A DNA stretch of 63,910 bases, filler included, from Octopus bimaculoides (GCF_001194135.2; 4 parts of 4 records of this genome joined end to end with filler, not necessarily neighbours in it), one strand, 5' to 3'; counted from the first letter of the whole stretch, positions 14,985 to 27,458 are shown. A program made the numbers and translations. The notes: generated from the sequence alone by a model not told the origin.

Positions 14985-15037
14985 GAAGGCGACTCGAGTT
15001 TCAGGGCTATTTCCCTTCGTCATGGCCGGTATGACAG
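14985..15037 (-). ncRNA. Degenerate minimal type I hammerhead ribozyme motif (Penelope-associated)
   Basis: The minus strand reads ggc-c-a-TGACGA-AGGG-aaatag-CCCT-GAAA-C-TCGA-G-TC-gcc. It has a 4-bp stem II, a tiny stem III with a palindromic UCGA loop, and a GUC triplet. There is one extra or mutated base at the C3 position. Confidence 0.6.
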
Positions 15038-15089
15038 ACTTTAACAGACGTATATATATATATATATATATATACGTATATACGTATAG

Positions 15090-15710
15090 TCAATCCAAAC
15101 ATGAACAAGCAACAAAAAAACAACAACGCGCGGACGTGGAATAAGTACAGTGCTGTTCGACAATCAAGAAAGGAAAAAAAAAGAAAGAGAATTTCACGTT
15201 TCGAGAGAACAACCAGAATCCAAAACCACAAATATGCAAAATCGATACGAAAGAAAAGTTAACAGAAAAATGTCATCGGATATATGAATAGTAATAAAAG
15301 AAAAACCTTGAAAAATCATTTTTAAATCCAACCGTCAGATTGCTTGACACTACATGATACAAGCCGAAGATAATTAACCTATCCCAAAAAACTCTCAGTG
15401 GAGGAATTTACTATTTTGTCTAAAGACCTAGAATTTACTCCAATATCGCAGCATTCCATTGAAATACAGAACGATATTTCACAATTTTGTAGAAAAGACG
15501 CCTAATAGAGGAATTGTACGATGGAGAAAACAGACAAATCGAATGTAAGAATCAAGAGCGTTTACAAGCCTACGAAAGGGAAGACTAAAGATTTAGATAT
15601 ATATACAATTTACAAATAAGGGCGAAAGAAAAAGATTCATATGCCAAATATGCCTAGAAATAGGCATTAAATCGTTAATAACCACATATTATTCATCACT
15701 AAAAGCACGG
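15090..15710 (+). mobile_element. Penelope-like retroelement remnant (LTR-like piece and ORF N-terminus)
   Basis: From 15373 the frameshifted translation is INLSQKLSVEEFTILSKDLEFTPISQHSIEIQNDISQFCRK / RLIEE / IKSVYKPTKGKTKDLDIY. This matches the Penelope N-terminal pattern INLS...L...E...L.KGL.F.P......D...F.R.LRL.E. A hammerhead motif lies just upstream. Confidence 0.7.
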
Positions 15711-16804
15711 GTCTCGAATCAGTCCGATTGCTGAATTACTTTACAAAGAATTTTCTCGTCATCAGCGGTAAATACGTTAACAAATAAATGAAATACTTGC
15801 TTGTACACACGGAATAAACATACGCTAAACCATGTGTACACTTACGTACCCGATATATATCCAAGTAGAAATTTTGCAGCACACCTCGAAATACGTTATA
15901 TATATATATTTATATATACCCGTGTGTCTGCGAAATTATGCATGCAATCATATCCTCCCGATAGCAATTTTCTACGGAGAGTTATCGAGATGGAACTGCA
16001 GCACCTTGCTTATAAACGCATACGTTAGTCCTTAAATCACAACGCCACCCTTGCTATATTAAGCCATGCACGAGTTGAGAGACCAAGGCAAGTCAAGGTA
16101 CGTGGTGACACACGATCACTCGTACACGCATGCACAAACACACTCACGTACACGTGCACACAATAACTTGCTTGCACATATATTCAGTATGCGTGGACTA
16201 AATGAATCAAGGATACAATTCTAATCATATTGGCATATATTAAAATAAAATATATATTAATTACGTGGACACACGCAAAAGTAGCAATTAATCTGAGAGT
16301 AAATTAATTGGCGCCGTCACCAGCAGGAAGATGGGCGTTAGAAACATTGGAATTTTATGAACATGCTCGCGTGTATAAAAACATAAAACGGGAAGTGCCG
16401 ATATTTTGTTAAAACATCACATAATTGCAATCTCTGATAGAGATACAGAACTAGTCTCATTCAGCACATTTAATTATAATTATTTATAAAATGTATGAAG
16501 AATGTGTTTTGTAGAGAGAGGATTCTCTCTAATGTGCTGAATAAAGTAGGGTTATTGGGATATGTGTGTGTGTCTGGTTGTGGGTGTGTGTGTGTGTATG
16601 TATGTGTGTGAGTGTGGGTGTGCGTGTGTATATGTAAACACGTTTAGATCGTCTGGGGCCTTTTCAATCGTATCTACCCAATTGTCACGTGCCTAAGCGT
16701 CTTTTGTCACAGCGATATGAAACTAACTGCGAGTAACACATATACTGATATACTGGGATTTGCCAATAACTAGGTGTGCTGTAAAAAATTCGGTATATAT
16801 ATAT

Positions 16805-16848
<44 letters not shown>

Positions 16849-17099
16849 ACACACACACATATATATATATATATCTATAATATTTTGCATTATTAGAAGC
16901 TGTATCATGTAGACATGCAGGCCACTTACATGAAGAATATGCTGGTTTAAACTCTGTTAGGCAGCGGCTTTGTGTTCCAGAGAATACCCCTAAATATCGT
17001 ATGTTTCCAAAAGAAACCGTAACATTCAAGCCAGACCTTCAGATCTCTCGCCTTATGCACATAGCGTAATATCTATTTGCTGCTGTTCTCTCTCAACTC

Positions 17100-17290
17100 G
17101 CATGCAAAATGAAGTTCAAATAATGGAAAAATTGTTAATATCATATAACCTATGTGTGTTGGAAAAAACTTGTCAGCTGTTGCATTTCGTTTTATTTGCC
17201 TTCGAATTTATACGGTGCTTTTACCACGCCTTACAAGAAATGTCTATGGACGAGGCATCACTGTCTAAAACAAACGTGTACACGCGCACA
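17100..17290 (+). mobile_element. Possible mariner transposase N-terminal remnant
   Basis: Frameshifted SCCISFY.../LQ.../SLSKTNVY resembles the mariner HTH start (QR.CIKFC...LQ.CYG...LS.T.VY.W). No TIRs were found. Confidence 0.3.
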
Positions 17291-17425
17291 TTCTCTCTGT
17301 GGCCATAACATTGAACTTCGATACAAAAAAGTTATATTACTTCTCTAATATTTTAGAGCGTGCTTTTCCTTTCTCTCGGATATACGAACCACTGAAATTA
17401 CGTCCAGTTTGCTGTCTCTATGTCC

Positions 17426-17476
<51 letters not shown>

Positions 17477-19059
17477 CCTATCTGTCTCTCTGTCCGTCTA
17501 TCTGTCTGTCTACCTCTTTCTCTCTCTCTCTCTCCTTGTGTTTGTGTGTACTTATTATATATTTATTATATATACAAGCAAGTTTCCCTGTGCGTGTGAC
17601 TGAGGAAGAGGCAGTAACTGAGACATGATTGCCAGCAAAACGACCGAAATATTACATAGATACTTTGAGAATAGAATCTGATGAATGGAGAAAGAAATGC
17701 TATGTGTGTGTGTGCTGTTGCTTGTGTATGTGTGTATGCCAGGAGCTGACTGTGTATATACAGGTGGGTGTCAATATGTGTGACTGCATAAGTGGAAAGA
17801 AGAAATCATGAATGAATTATTGGGGATACCCAGCATGTTAAGAGATATCTGTAAAAAAAAAAATATGTTCAGGGGAGACTAAAATGTGAGAAGATACGAA
17901 AGAAGTGTATTGAAAATGAAGTACGAAGAGAATCACAAATGGCAGACGGGGCTGAATGGGAGAAAGATGAAAGGAGACAAAGAGTGTGTTTGGAAAGATA
18001 TGTGCGAGAATTTATAAACAAATATTGATTCATGCAGACGGTAAATACATATATCGTACAGAGAGACACATAGATCTGCACATAATCACGCACGCATACA
18101 CATACACGCACGCTCACAAAAAACATACAGACTCATAATCATACATGTTTACATGCATACAAATAAATATAAGCATGTATTTAGGCATGAAGATATGTCT
18201 TCATATCTTTTTTGATGGGGGGACGAATGTGTTGTGTACACACTCTTGGCAAAATCTCCATCACTGTTATGATCGCCAGGCAGCGTTCAGAAACATTTGA
18301 AAATTCATAACAGTAGGAAATCGTGGTTAGAGATGAAGAAGGTGAAATTTTCAAAATGCTGTGGAGAAACGCTAGGTATTATTTTCGCAGCGAAGGAAGA
18401 AACGAGATAATTTTTAGTGCCAAAATCAAGGGACTGCGGATGCAATAGCCTCGATACAATATACAGATTAAGGTGATAATATATCTATGGTTCATGGTGT
18501 TTATGTGTCAACGAAAGATTTCATGGTAATACAGTAGGTTGAAGATATTTTGTTGAAGATATAATTCAAAGTTGTTTCAAAATTGCTGTACGGAGCCCAT
18601 GCGATATTAAATTAAAATATTCATCATCGCATCATACTTAATGTATACACACTGTCAAAAGTACAGCTCCTTCAATATTTATCCCACGATGACATCTCTA
18701 ATGGGTATGGTATGTTATAAAAGCAACGTATTTGAAGGGGAAATGAAACATCGTATGAAAAGTGTAGCCAGCAAAAGCACTAGTTTCCTCTCGCCATTGT
18801 TGGACATTTCAGTAGCCTGTATTTGCAGCCAACCACATGCTCGGACTAGACTATGCTGCCTTTTATAAAGGGAAATTTGAAGAAAGCACTCACTGATGTA
18901 TTGAATAACTACCGGGCTATACGTGTATAAACAATTGAGTCTCTATTGAAAGAAGATTGCCATTTATATATCTTTCTTAATATGTACACAATACTGATAC
19001 GAACGTTACTCTGGTATTTGTCCTGATGTAACATTTTGTATGAACGTTATGTACTAAAA

Positions 19060-19200
19060 GTACTCTAAGTGTCGAATGGAAATAAAATTCGTTCAAACTG
19101 TGGCAACGTGGACGCCAGCAGAGATAACGTACCGTAGAATGTTTCATCAGTAACCACTGGGATGATAGAAACTGACAAGAATCCTTTGATTGAAGAACAG
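19060..19200 (+). mobile_element. Possible old RTE LINE fragment
   Basis: ATWT.AEITYRRMF followed by WDDRN resembles the RTE pattern ETWT...AEM..YRRML...W.DR. Confidence 0.3.
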
Positions 19201-19394
19201 AAAGACGGATGAACAACATCAGTGAGTCTTTCTTTGAGATAATAGTTCAAACAACGAATGGATGACTTGGAATGACTTGCAATGGCATTTTCGTTTTACT
19301 AATGTTATGGCGATTAAGCATAGTGGTTAATGACATGGAAGTCTAGGTTTCCAGCAGATCGAGGTTTATGAATGTAGTAATGTTATATGTGTGT

Positions 19395-19700
19395 GGGCGC
19401 ATGGCGTAGTGAGTGGTTAGAGTATTGTACTCACGATCGGGATATTGTAGTTTCAATTCCTGCATTGGATGGTGTCCTGTGTTCTTGAGCAAAATGCTTC
19501 ATCTGACGTTGCTCTGCAATCACTTTGACACGTGACGTGTGGTACTCCTTCGATCTGCTTAGGCAAAATCGATCTGATGGAGAAATTCAGCTAACGTAGA
19601 GCACATGCCTTTTAATCAGAATAAACAAACCATTTGCGCAGGTTGTGCAGAAAGAAATTGCAGAACAGCTTTATCGAATTGCGACAGACTATCATCATCT
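19395..19700 (+). mobile_element. tRNA-derived CORE-type SINE (family C, body variant 1)
   Basis: The head ggcgcatggcgtagt..gtggttagag...gtttcaattcctg carries A and B boxes. It is followed by the CORE-like tgtgttcttgagcaaaatgctt, and ends in an atcatcatc tail. Confidence 0.7.
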
Positions 19701-19869
19701 AAAGTACGTATCAACAAGAGAGCCAGAGAGAGAGAGAGATGATATTGAAGAAGGTGGTTCTTAATGACAGTCTGCATGATTTTTTAGGTCGATAGGTCAA
19801 TCATTTTGATTGTGTGCGTTGTGTATTGCGTTTGGCGTGCCTTGTGTTTGCAATATTGTGTATCTGGAT

Positions 19870-20484
19870 AAACAGTTAACAACAAAAGACGAAATGTTAG
19901 CAAATGTATAACAAGTTAAAAGAAACAAATAATAAAATGAACAATGGATGAGAAAATATCATGGGGATATATAAGAAACGGTGGAAGGAAAAATAGTAGA
20001 AAATTAAATAGTGAAATGTAAAGAGAAGAGAGAAATTACGGTAAATTTGAACAATGTATGTATACAGCAGGAACCCGTTAAAGATAGACTTATGCACATT
20101 GTAGAGAATACGATGTAAGATAGATCGAATGGATGTAAAAAAAGAACGTGGAACAGAATAGAATGAAAAGAAGAGAAGGTATACAGGGGAAATAAGAGTA
20201 GAAACAAATAACGTCGGGAATGAATATAGAAAAGAACGAAAGAAAGAAAGTAGATGAGTGAAAAGTGAGAGAAAGTAACAGAGGACATATACAATGTAAG
20301 AAAGTGAAAATGAGAAAAAGAGAGAGATGAAGTGTTAATAAGATAGGAGAGAAAATTTGATTGAAAAGAAATAAAAGAAAATGGAGGAATAAATGCAGGG
20401 AAATGGAAAGGGATGATAAAGAATGACGAAAGAGAGAATGAAGGAAAAAGATGGGGATGAAATTATGAGAAAATAAAGAATGAA

Positions 20485-20517
<33 letters not shown>

Positions 20518-20680
20518 AGAGAGGTTCATGTGAGAGAATTCATGAGAGCAGTTGGAAGTGAGAATGAAATAAAAAGGAAAAAAATGAGGTATAAGAAAAG
20601 AAGGATGAAAATAGAAGATGAATAGCATGATATGGTGGAAAAAAAAGTAGAAGAGGAGAAGGGGAATCGATGGAATGGAA
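19870..20680. repeat. Long degenerate polypurine (GA-rich) tract
   Basis: The plus strand is almost entirely A/G and includes an (AG)n core near 20485-20510. Confidence 0.85.
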
Positions 20681-21008
20681 GACGATGTGTTCGTGTGTAT
20701 ATGTGTGTCTGTTTTAGAAATACGCTTATTGAATGAAGGAAAGAAATGTATAATTCAAGACACAGAAAATATGTATTGATACAGATGACGGTTCAAATGT
20801 ATTATCATTTTAATGTTTTTTTTTAAATTTTGTAATATGGACACTAATTAAAAGAAAACTAGTGTACAAAGAGATTGTTAATAGAAAGCAAAGTATTGGG
20901 AAGAAGTGAGAGTCGGGAAACGCAACAATTTGGATAGAAAATGTCAAGAAATGGACACATTTAGAATAGAAAGAATAGGCTAATACAAAATATAAATAAA
21001 TAAAAAAA

Positions 21009-21071
21009 TGGTGATCCACGGCACTCATCTTTCTGAGATACTGATGCTACTGGTGCTGTTGTTGTTGTTAT

Positions 21072-21108
<37 letters not shown>

Positions 21109-21236
21109 GAAGTTGATACGGGCAAAATATCGGGCAGTTTATGGGAAAGAGAATCTGTAGACGTGTACGGACCGTGGACGTGGCTGACAGATTTTGTAAT
21201 GAAAGCCATTTCAGCTGTTGATGAACCTTCATTTTC
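21009..21236 (-). CDS. Candidate coding exon encoding a Ser/Thr-rich low-complexity segment (host gene unknown)
   Basis: After a possible acceptor tttcctgcaattAG the frame reads ENEGSSTAEMAFITKSVSHVHGPYTSTDSLSHKLPDILPVSTSSSSSSSSSSSSSITTTTAPVASVSQKDECRGSP. No good GT donor is present at the 3' end. Confidence 0.25.
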
Positions 21237-21944
21237 CTAATTGCAGGAAACCCACGATGTTAATAAGCAACCTGTGATTTTTATAAAATGGTACTTCTTG
21301 TGTGGAAGGAAATATACTTACTATTACTAGCAGATCAATTAAACACGTATTGGCTCACCCAATGGACGATTCAAAATAGAAAGAAGATCGAACAAGACAT
21401 GTTTGGCAGCCACCGACTTTTCGTAGCATTTCCCCCATGTGATTAATAAATGTTTTTCACTAATTTACATTTCAATTATATTTTTATCAACCTGAGAGAC
21501 AAACACTAAACTGAAACACATTTAAGAAACGACAAAGCGCTCTGGTTGAAAATAAACAATAGTAAAAAATTCTCTCATTCTCTTGACTTCAGAAAGATCG
21601 AATAATGTAAGTTTAGATACAAATATTGAACAGGTCATATATGCAACGCGTCTAAAACACCGTGGAAATATATTAATGAACTATGTATTTCAGAAGTTGT
21701 AAATGATATTTTGTAAATTCTCACTGGTCTAACATTTGCCTTCCTCATAACGATGTACACCGTCATTAATTCCGAAGCAGACTACGTTATTGTTGCCTTC
21801 ATCAAGACTTCGACAATGGCAATAGGTTTTCAGTAGAAAGAAACACGACAAACTTCTGTTATTAAAAGACCCACGACCGATAAAAGAAATCAATGTGCTA
21901 AGAAATTGATTTAAATAAAATCACCATATTCACTGTACTCACTA

Positions 21945-22760
21945 CTGAGGGTAATCAATGCGGAAATTGAAGGGGTGCAAGAAAAGAATCCCAAAGCTCT
22001 CGAGAGAAGCGACTCCATTTCCCTCTCCGAACGTGGCAGCTCGACGCGAAGAACCAGCTGCAAGACAGGTGCAAAATTCTTCATAAAAGGAGTCTGATGG
22101 CATGGAGAGAAGCGGACACACTGCCGCTTTGAACACTTAAATCGTAGGTAAGAGGGAATTCACAGCAGTTACCACTCTCCACCTGGTAATCAGGATAAGT
22201 ACCACGGCTAGGAACGTCCACACACCTGTGCACAGCAACAGAAAAGACAGCCAAATTGCTGTACCCAGATGCGGTGCGAACTGCAGCAGCCGGGCACCAA
22301 CATTTTTTAAGTATCGCACAAACGATAACACAGCAGTTATCATGGCTACAAGCGAAATTGAGCCATGTGTACCCACACACAAGACCGCCACAAGTACTGG
22401 ACTCAGGATGGCAACCATTTCCGCCGAGCCATCCATCTCACCAATTCTACTGATGAACATAAGAGGCATCTTGCAAAACAACAGCAGGAGCAAAATTGCA
22501 CGCCTCGGAGAACTGTCTGCATGCAATCAAGCTATATGCATTGCACTCACAGGGACTCACCTGTCAGCAGACATGCCTGACGCAGAGATACACGTACCAA
22601 TATATACAGTGTTCCGCACAGACAGAACAGTGAGAAGTAAAGGTGGAATTGCGATGTACATCCGTGAAGATGTCACAGCATTGACACTGTTGTACATTTA
22701 GCTGAATATCAGCTTAATAGAAAATATGGTATTTTCCCAGATGTGTATAGACGCAGTTTT
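21945..22760 (+). mobile_element. CR1-like LINE, 5' fragment: ORF1 zinc-finger remnant and APE endonuclease N-terminus
   Basis: LMNIRGI...LGELS...ICIALTGTHL...DAEIHVPIYTVFRTDRTVRSKGGIAMYIREDV fits the APE pattern (NI.G, ..L.ETH, Y..FR.DR....GG.A.YI). Upstream KFFIKGV*WHGEKRTHCRFEH resembles a decayed CCCH finger. Confidence 0.8.
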
Positions 22761-23710
22761 AAAATGAAATATATATNNNNNNNNNNNNNNNNNNNNNNNN
22801 NNNNNNNNNNNNNNNNNNNNNNNNNNNNNNNNNNNNNNNNNNNNNNNNNNNNNNNNNNNNNNNNNNNNNNNNNNNNNNNNNNNNNNNNNNNNNNNNNNNN
22901 NNNNNNNNNNNNNNNNNNNNNNNNNNNNNNNNNNNNNNNATATATGCGTATGTATATATCTATGTATATGCATGTACGTGCATACATACAGACACACTTC
23001 TGTACCCACAACAGCAAATGTTGACACATCTGTACATAAGAAATATATTCGTGGTCCATTCATTTATCTGTTTTATCGCGATGCTCTTCATTTTCCCACA
23101 CACCTTTCTTTGGCAAGTTTCACATTTTCTTTCTCTATATTTTCTTCAAGGTCCTATATCTAATATTTCTCAAGTTCTTTAACGCTCTCACACTGACTCT
23201 CTCCTTCCTCTCTTCGTCCATTTCTCTTTGTCCCTCTCCTTCTTCCCCTCTCTCACTTTCTCTCCCTCTCCCTGTCTCTCTCTCCATATGTTATACTACA
23301 CAATTACTCTCCACCGCCTCTCTCATTTATTCCAATATCTTTCTTCCACATATCGCTTCCCAACACCAGAACATTAAGCCATCAATCTCTGCCAGGTATT
23401 ATCACGTATATTTTGTCTTTTGTGTATCTCTTCGAAGACATAACCACATGATCTATCATTTCTCGCATGGATTACTAAACTAATACTTATTGTGTTTGTT
23501 TTCTTTTCTTGGTTATTTTCTGTTCAGTTGATGTTGTTTTCCTCTTTTTAACAATTTTTGTTTTCATTATTCTTGTGTCCAACTCAACATATATTTTCAG
23601 AAGCATGTACGTTATTATTATGTGATGTGTATATGTATGCATACATACATACACACACACGCACACACACACACACACATACACACACACACACAACGCA
23701 CACACACACA

Positions 23711-23762
<52 letters not shown>

Positions 23763-23773
23763 GACACTAACAC

Positions 23774-23807
<34 letters not shown>

Positions 23808-23878
23808 NNNNNNNNNNNNNNNNNNNNNNNNNNNNNNNNNNNNNNNNNNNNNNNNNNNNNNNNNNNNNNNNNNNNNNN

Positions 23879-23921
<43 letters not shown>

Positions 23922-25632
23922 CATATATGTATGTATCTATATATCATAGACACGTGTTTGTGCTTGTGGGTCGGGGTTCGTGTGTGTCTGTACATATGTT
24001 GTACGTGATATATTTATATTTTTTCTGCCTTTGTTTATGAAACAAAATTGACATCTTAAAACGTCATTAAACATTAGCCATCCGTTCATTCTCAAATACA
24101 TCCTCCCTTTCTGTTTTATTTTCCGTCCTCCTTGTCTCTCCCTTGCCTGCCCAACCCCAATTTTCTTCTACTTTTCTCTTTCACATCACCTCCTTTCCAT
24201 TTGTATAAAAATCAAGAAACTTTCTATAAAATTTATTTTCAAAAGTCCTCAGACAGAAAAACGAAAACAGACATAGAATGTCACCAACGCCTCGTCAGCT
24301 ATTGGCCAGAGAGGTCGAACCGAATTGAACACATTTGATCACTACATCCAGTCCTTCTTTTCAATTGTCCCCCTGAAATTGCATCCTTTCGAACGTCCAG
24401 GTGCCAAATCAATGGCAAAAAATGTCAACAGTCCAGGAGAGACAGCTTAGTTCATATGCACTATTCCTACCTCAAGACCCAAGAACCAAAAGAAAAAAAA
24501 ATCCACATTGAATCATGAATGTGTAGCCAAAGATCAGTCACTAAATATAGTCAGAATCTGCTATTGTAATTATTTTGAAGCATAAAACATTGCGAAGTTA
24601 GGTATACTCTTGATATCATTTAACTCATGTTACCGTTTATTAGACTAAACAATGATCAAAGTTATTATAACAATCATATTTTTCAGTCAAAATTATATAA
24701 TGTATATTTCCTTTTCTAAAGACTGTAATGTGTGATTTGAAAGATAATTCGTCTCGCATATCGAACGACTGAGCGGTGGTTACATTATTGGTTCAATGTT
24801 GCTCATTTTGCTAGATATGTAGAAGTGGGTTTATTGTTAACTCGAAATTATGCCTCATATCTGTAATGTATTAAAAGTGAGAAGCTGTGATCATCATGGT
24901 TAGCTTAATAACATTAATCATTCACCATTAACCATTAATGTATATCGAAAGTTCAAGTATACTAACGGATTTGGAGCAATTTGTGATTACAAAGAATTTT
25001 AATCTAAATGCCTCCATATTTAGATAAATTTCGGACGCAGCCATATTTGCTCAGCTCGCAAAACAAACTTATACAGAGATATTTCAATACACAAAGGGCA
25101 AATATTATAGCTTAAAGCCAAAGTCACTGATTCAACTTGCAACTTGCAACAGAGTTCTCCTGCATTGTTGTTTTATCAAAACATTTACACTACAGCTACA
25201 AAGAATACAAATAAATTTCGTATAAAAGGTAAACATAAAAGGAGCGAAAGTGAAGAATTTAAAATAAATTAGGGTAGAATATGGAAGGAACAAAAAAAAA
25301 AAAACAAAAAAAAAAAACAAGGAAGGAGAATGAGAAACGGTGATTTCAAACAAATTTATTGATAAAAATAGGGTGCAAAGAAAACAAGAATTTATAATGT
25401 AAAAAGTAAACATACATTATTCAAATTTGAAATTGAACAGAAAACTAAAATAGGAAAATACGTATAAAAATATTTGAGGATAAAATTTAGCAAACAAAGA
25501 CTTCTGCATGTATAGCATGTAGGCAGAAGTGTATACATACATATATACACATACATAGGCTTACACACATATACACTTATATGCATATGGATACATATAT
25601 ATATATATATATGCATATATGCGATTATACAC

Positions 25633-25678
<46 letters not shown>

Positions 25679-26414
25679 CTGTTAGTAAATTTTTCGCTAC
25701 GTTTTTTTTTTAAAGTGTAATTTAGAGTTAATTTACCTAGATAACATACAGTTACTGTAACATTTTGAAAACATGTATCGTTGACTGGCATTCCTTTCAC
25801 TGCAGTTCTGCATTCATGTCAATTGTATACACAAACAATGATTATTAAATATCAAAGTTCTATAGATTAGACTTTACGTATTTAACCTGTGCCTCAATTA
25901 ATACATGATCAGCAGGTTTATTATATTTGAGCATCTGTTGAGGGTAATTTAGTTTGTTTTTTAGCCTGTTTTCTCACATTTTATGCTATGAAACACCGCA
26001 CAGATCTGCAGAGAATAATTACAAAAAGAAAATGAAAAAGAAAAAAACGAAACCAAAAAATAATGAAATAAAGTGGATGGATTTGCCATTAAAGAGAAAA
26101 TATAATCAGGAGTCGGTGCCCACATATGCAAATATTACATAGTTAAAAACTAATTGTGTTTAACGATATGCAACACTAATTTGAAGTTATCAGTATACTC
26201 TGACTACATTTGTGTCTAATGTATATTCATTCTATTCATTATAGTTTTTTTTTTATCTTCTTTAGTAACTGCAGACACTGTTTGGAAAGTGTCTACACTG
26301 TAAAATTTGCGTAAAGTATATTAAACCGATAGGATTGGGGACGGGAGTTACATAATGTTGTACATTTTTTTTCTTTTATCTTCTGCCTCTTCTCCATCCT
26401 CATCAGCTTCGTTC

Positions 26415-26515
26415 ATTTTTCTTCTTCTTCTTCTTCTTCTTCTTCTTCTTCTTCTTCTTCTTCTTCTTCTCTTCTTCTTCTTCTTCTTCTTCCTCTCCTC
26501 CTCCCCTCCTCCTCC

Positions 26516-26550
<35 letters not shown>

Positions 26551-26677
26551 NNNNNNNNNNCTCTTCCACTTCCTCCTCTTCCTCACCTTCCTCCTCGTCT
26601 TCCTGCTGCTGCTACTACTACTACTACTACTACTACTACTGCTGCTGCTGCTTCTGCTGCTTCTGCTGCTGCTGCTG

Positions 26678-26730
<53 letters not shown>
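26415..26730. repeat. Compound (TTC)n/(CCT)n/(CTG)n/(CTA)n microsatellite
   Basis: Direct reading; it explains the ORFs at 26348-26877. Confidence 0.97.
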
Positions 26731-26731
<1 letters not shown>

Positions 26732-26779
26732 TCTTTTCCTGAGTCATCTACGTCACATCTCAGCTCCCTCCTACATATT

Positions 26780-27075
26780 AGAATCGCAACACTTTTCTTT
26801 GACCACTTACTATGAAGTATGGCCTTGTCAGCTTTTGAAGCCAGAATACTGCTTTCTATGATTTCGTCGCAAGTCAACCGATTGCAATAGGTACCGCCTC
26901 ACTTTCCAGGCTTTGTAAATGAGATTCAGTTCCAATGCCAGGTCTTGCTACTTTTCGACTTCCTCTTCCAGTGACTTCTCAATCTTTTGCTCTACAGATA
27001 TAACTAAGTTGATGAAGATTTATTCTCTCGACTCATTTCGTAGGAGAGTGAAATGTGGTTGTTACATCACAGCTT
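26780..27075 (-). mobile_element. RLE-clade (R4/NeSL-like) non-LTR retrotransposon, endonuclease remnant
   Basis: The minus strand reads IFINLVISVEQKIEKSLEEEVEK*QDLALELNLIYKAWKV, then after a frameshift AVPIAIG*LAT. This matches the RLE tail ID.A.P....I..KE.EK..KYQDL..E....W...V.V.P..IG.LG. Confidence 0.7.
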
Positions 27076-27238
27076 CTTATCTGTGTAGAATGGTATATCC
27101 CATGTAAATTTCACCCTTTTTCATTATATACTCCTCATTGTTAAACACCCCCACTTGTCGCATGAATTGTACTATCCACATTCGTTATGTGTTCAGCGCT
27201 CGTGGCCAATAAAGAGATCGTTAATATTATTATTAGTC

Positions 27239-27458
27239 GGCGAGCTAGCAAAATCGTTAGCACGCCTGGAGAAAAGTTTAGTGGCATTTCATCTATCTTT
27301 ACGTTGTGAGTTCAAATTAAGCCGAGGTCAAATTCACTTTCCGTTTCGATCGTTTCAGGGTTGACAAAAATATGTACAACTTGAGAAATGGATTCGGTGT
27401 AATTCAGCACTTCACCTCTCCGAAATTTCAGGTTTTGTAACTATAGTAAAAATAAGAT
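27239..27458 (+). mobile_element. SINE family A, full length (type-1 tail)
   Basis: ggcgagctagcaaaatcgttagcacgcc...gagttcaaattaagccgaggtc...gaaatttcaggttttgtaactatagtaaaa. Confidence 0.8.

Noticed and set aside
16028-16101. 69-nt in-frame candidate exon with an AAG|GTACGT donor (SLNHNATLAILSHARVERPRQVK)
   Set aside because: The acceptor is weak, the peptide has no recognisable homology, and such matches are expected by chance.
19395-19470. tRNA-like sequences here and at 42413, 48196, 56870 and 60589
   Set aside because: They have A/B boxes but no complete cloverleaf, and each continues into a SINE body. They are SINE heads, not tRNA genes.
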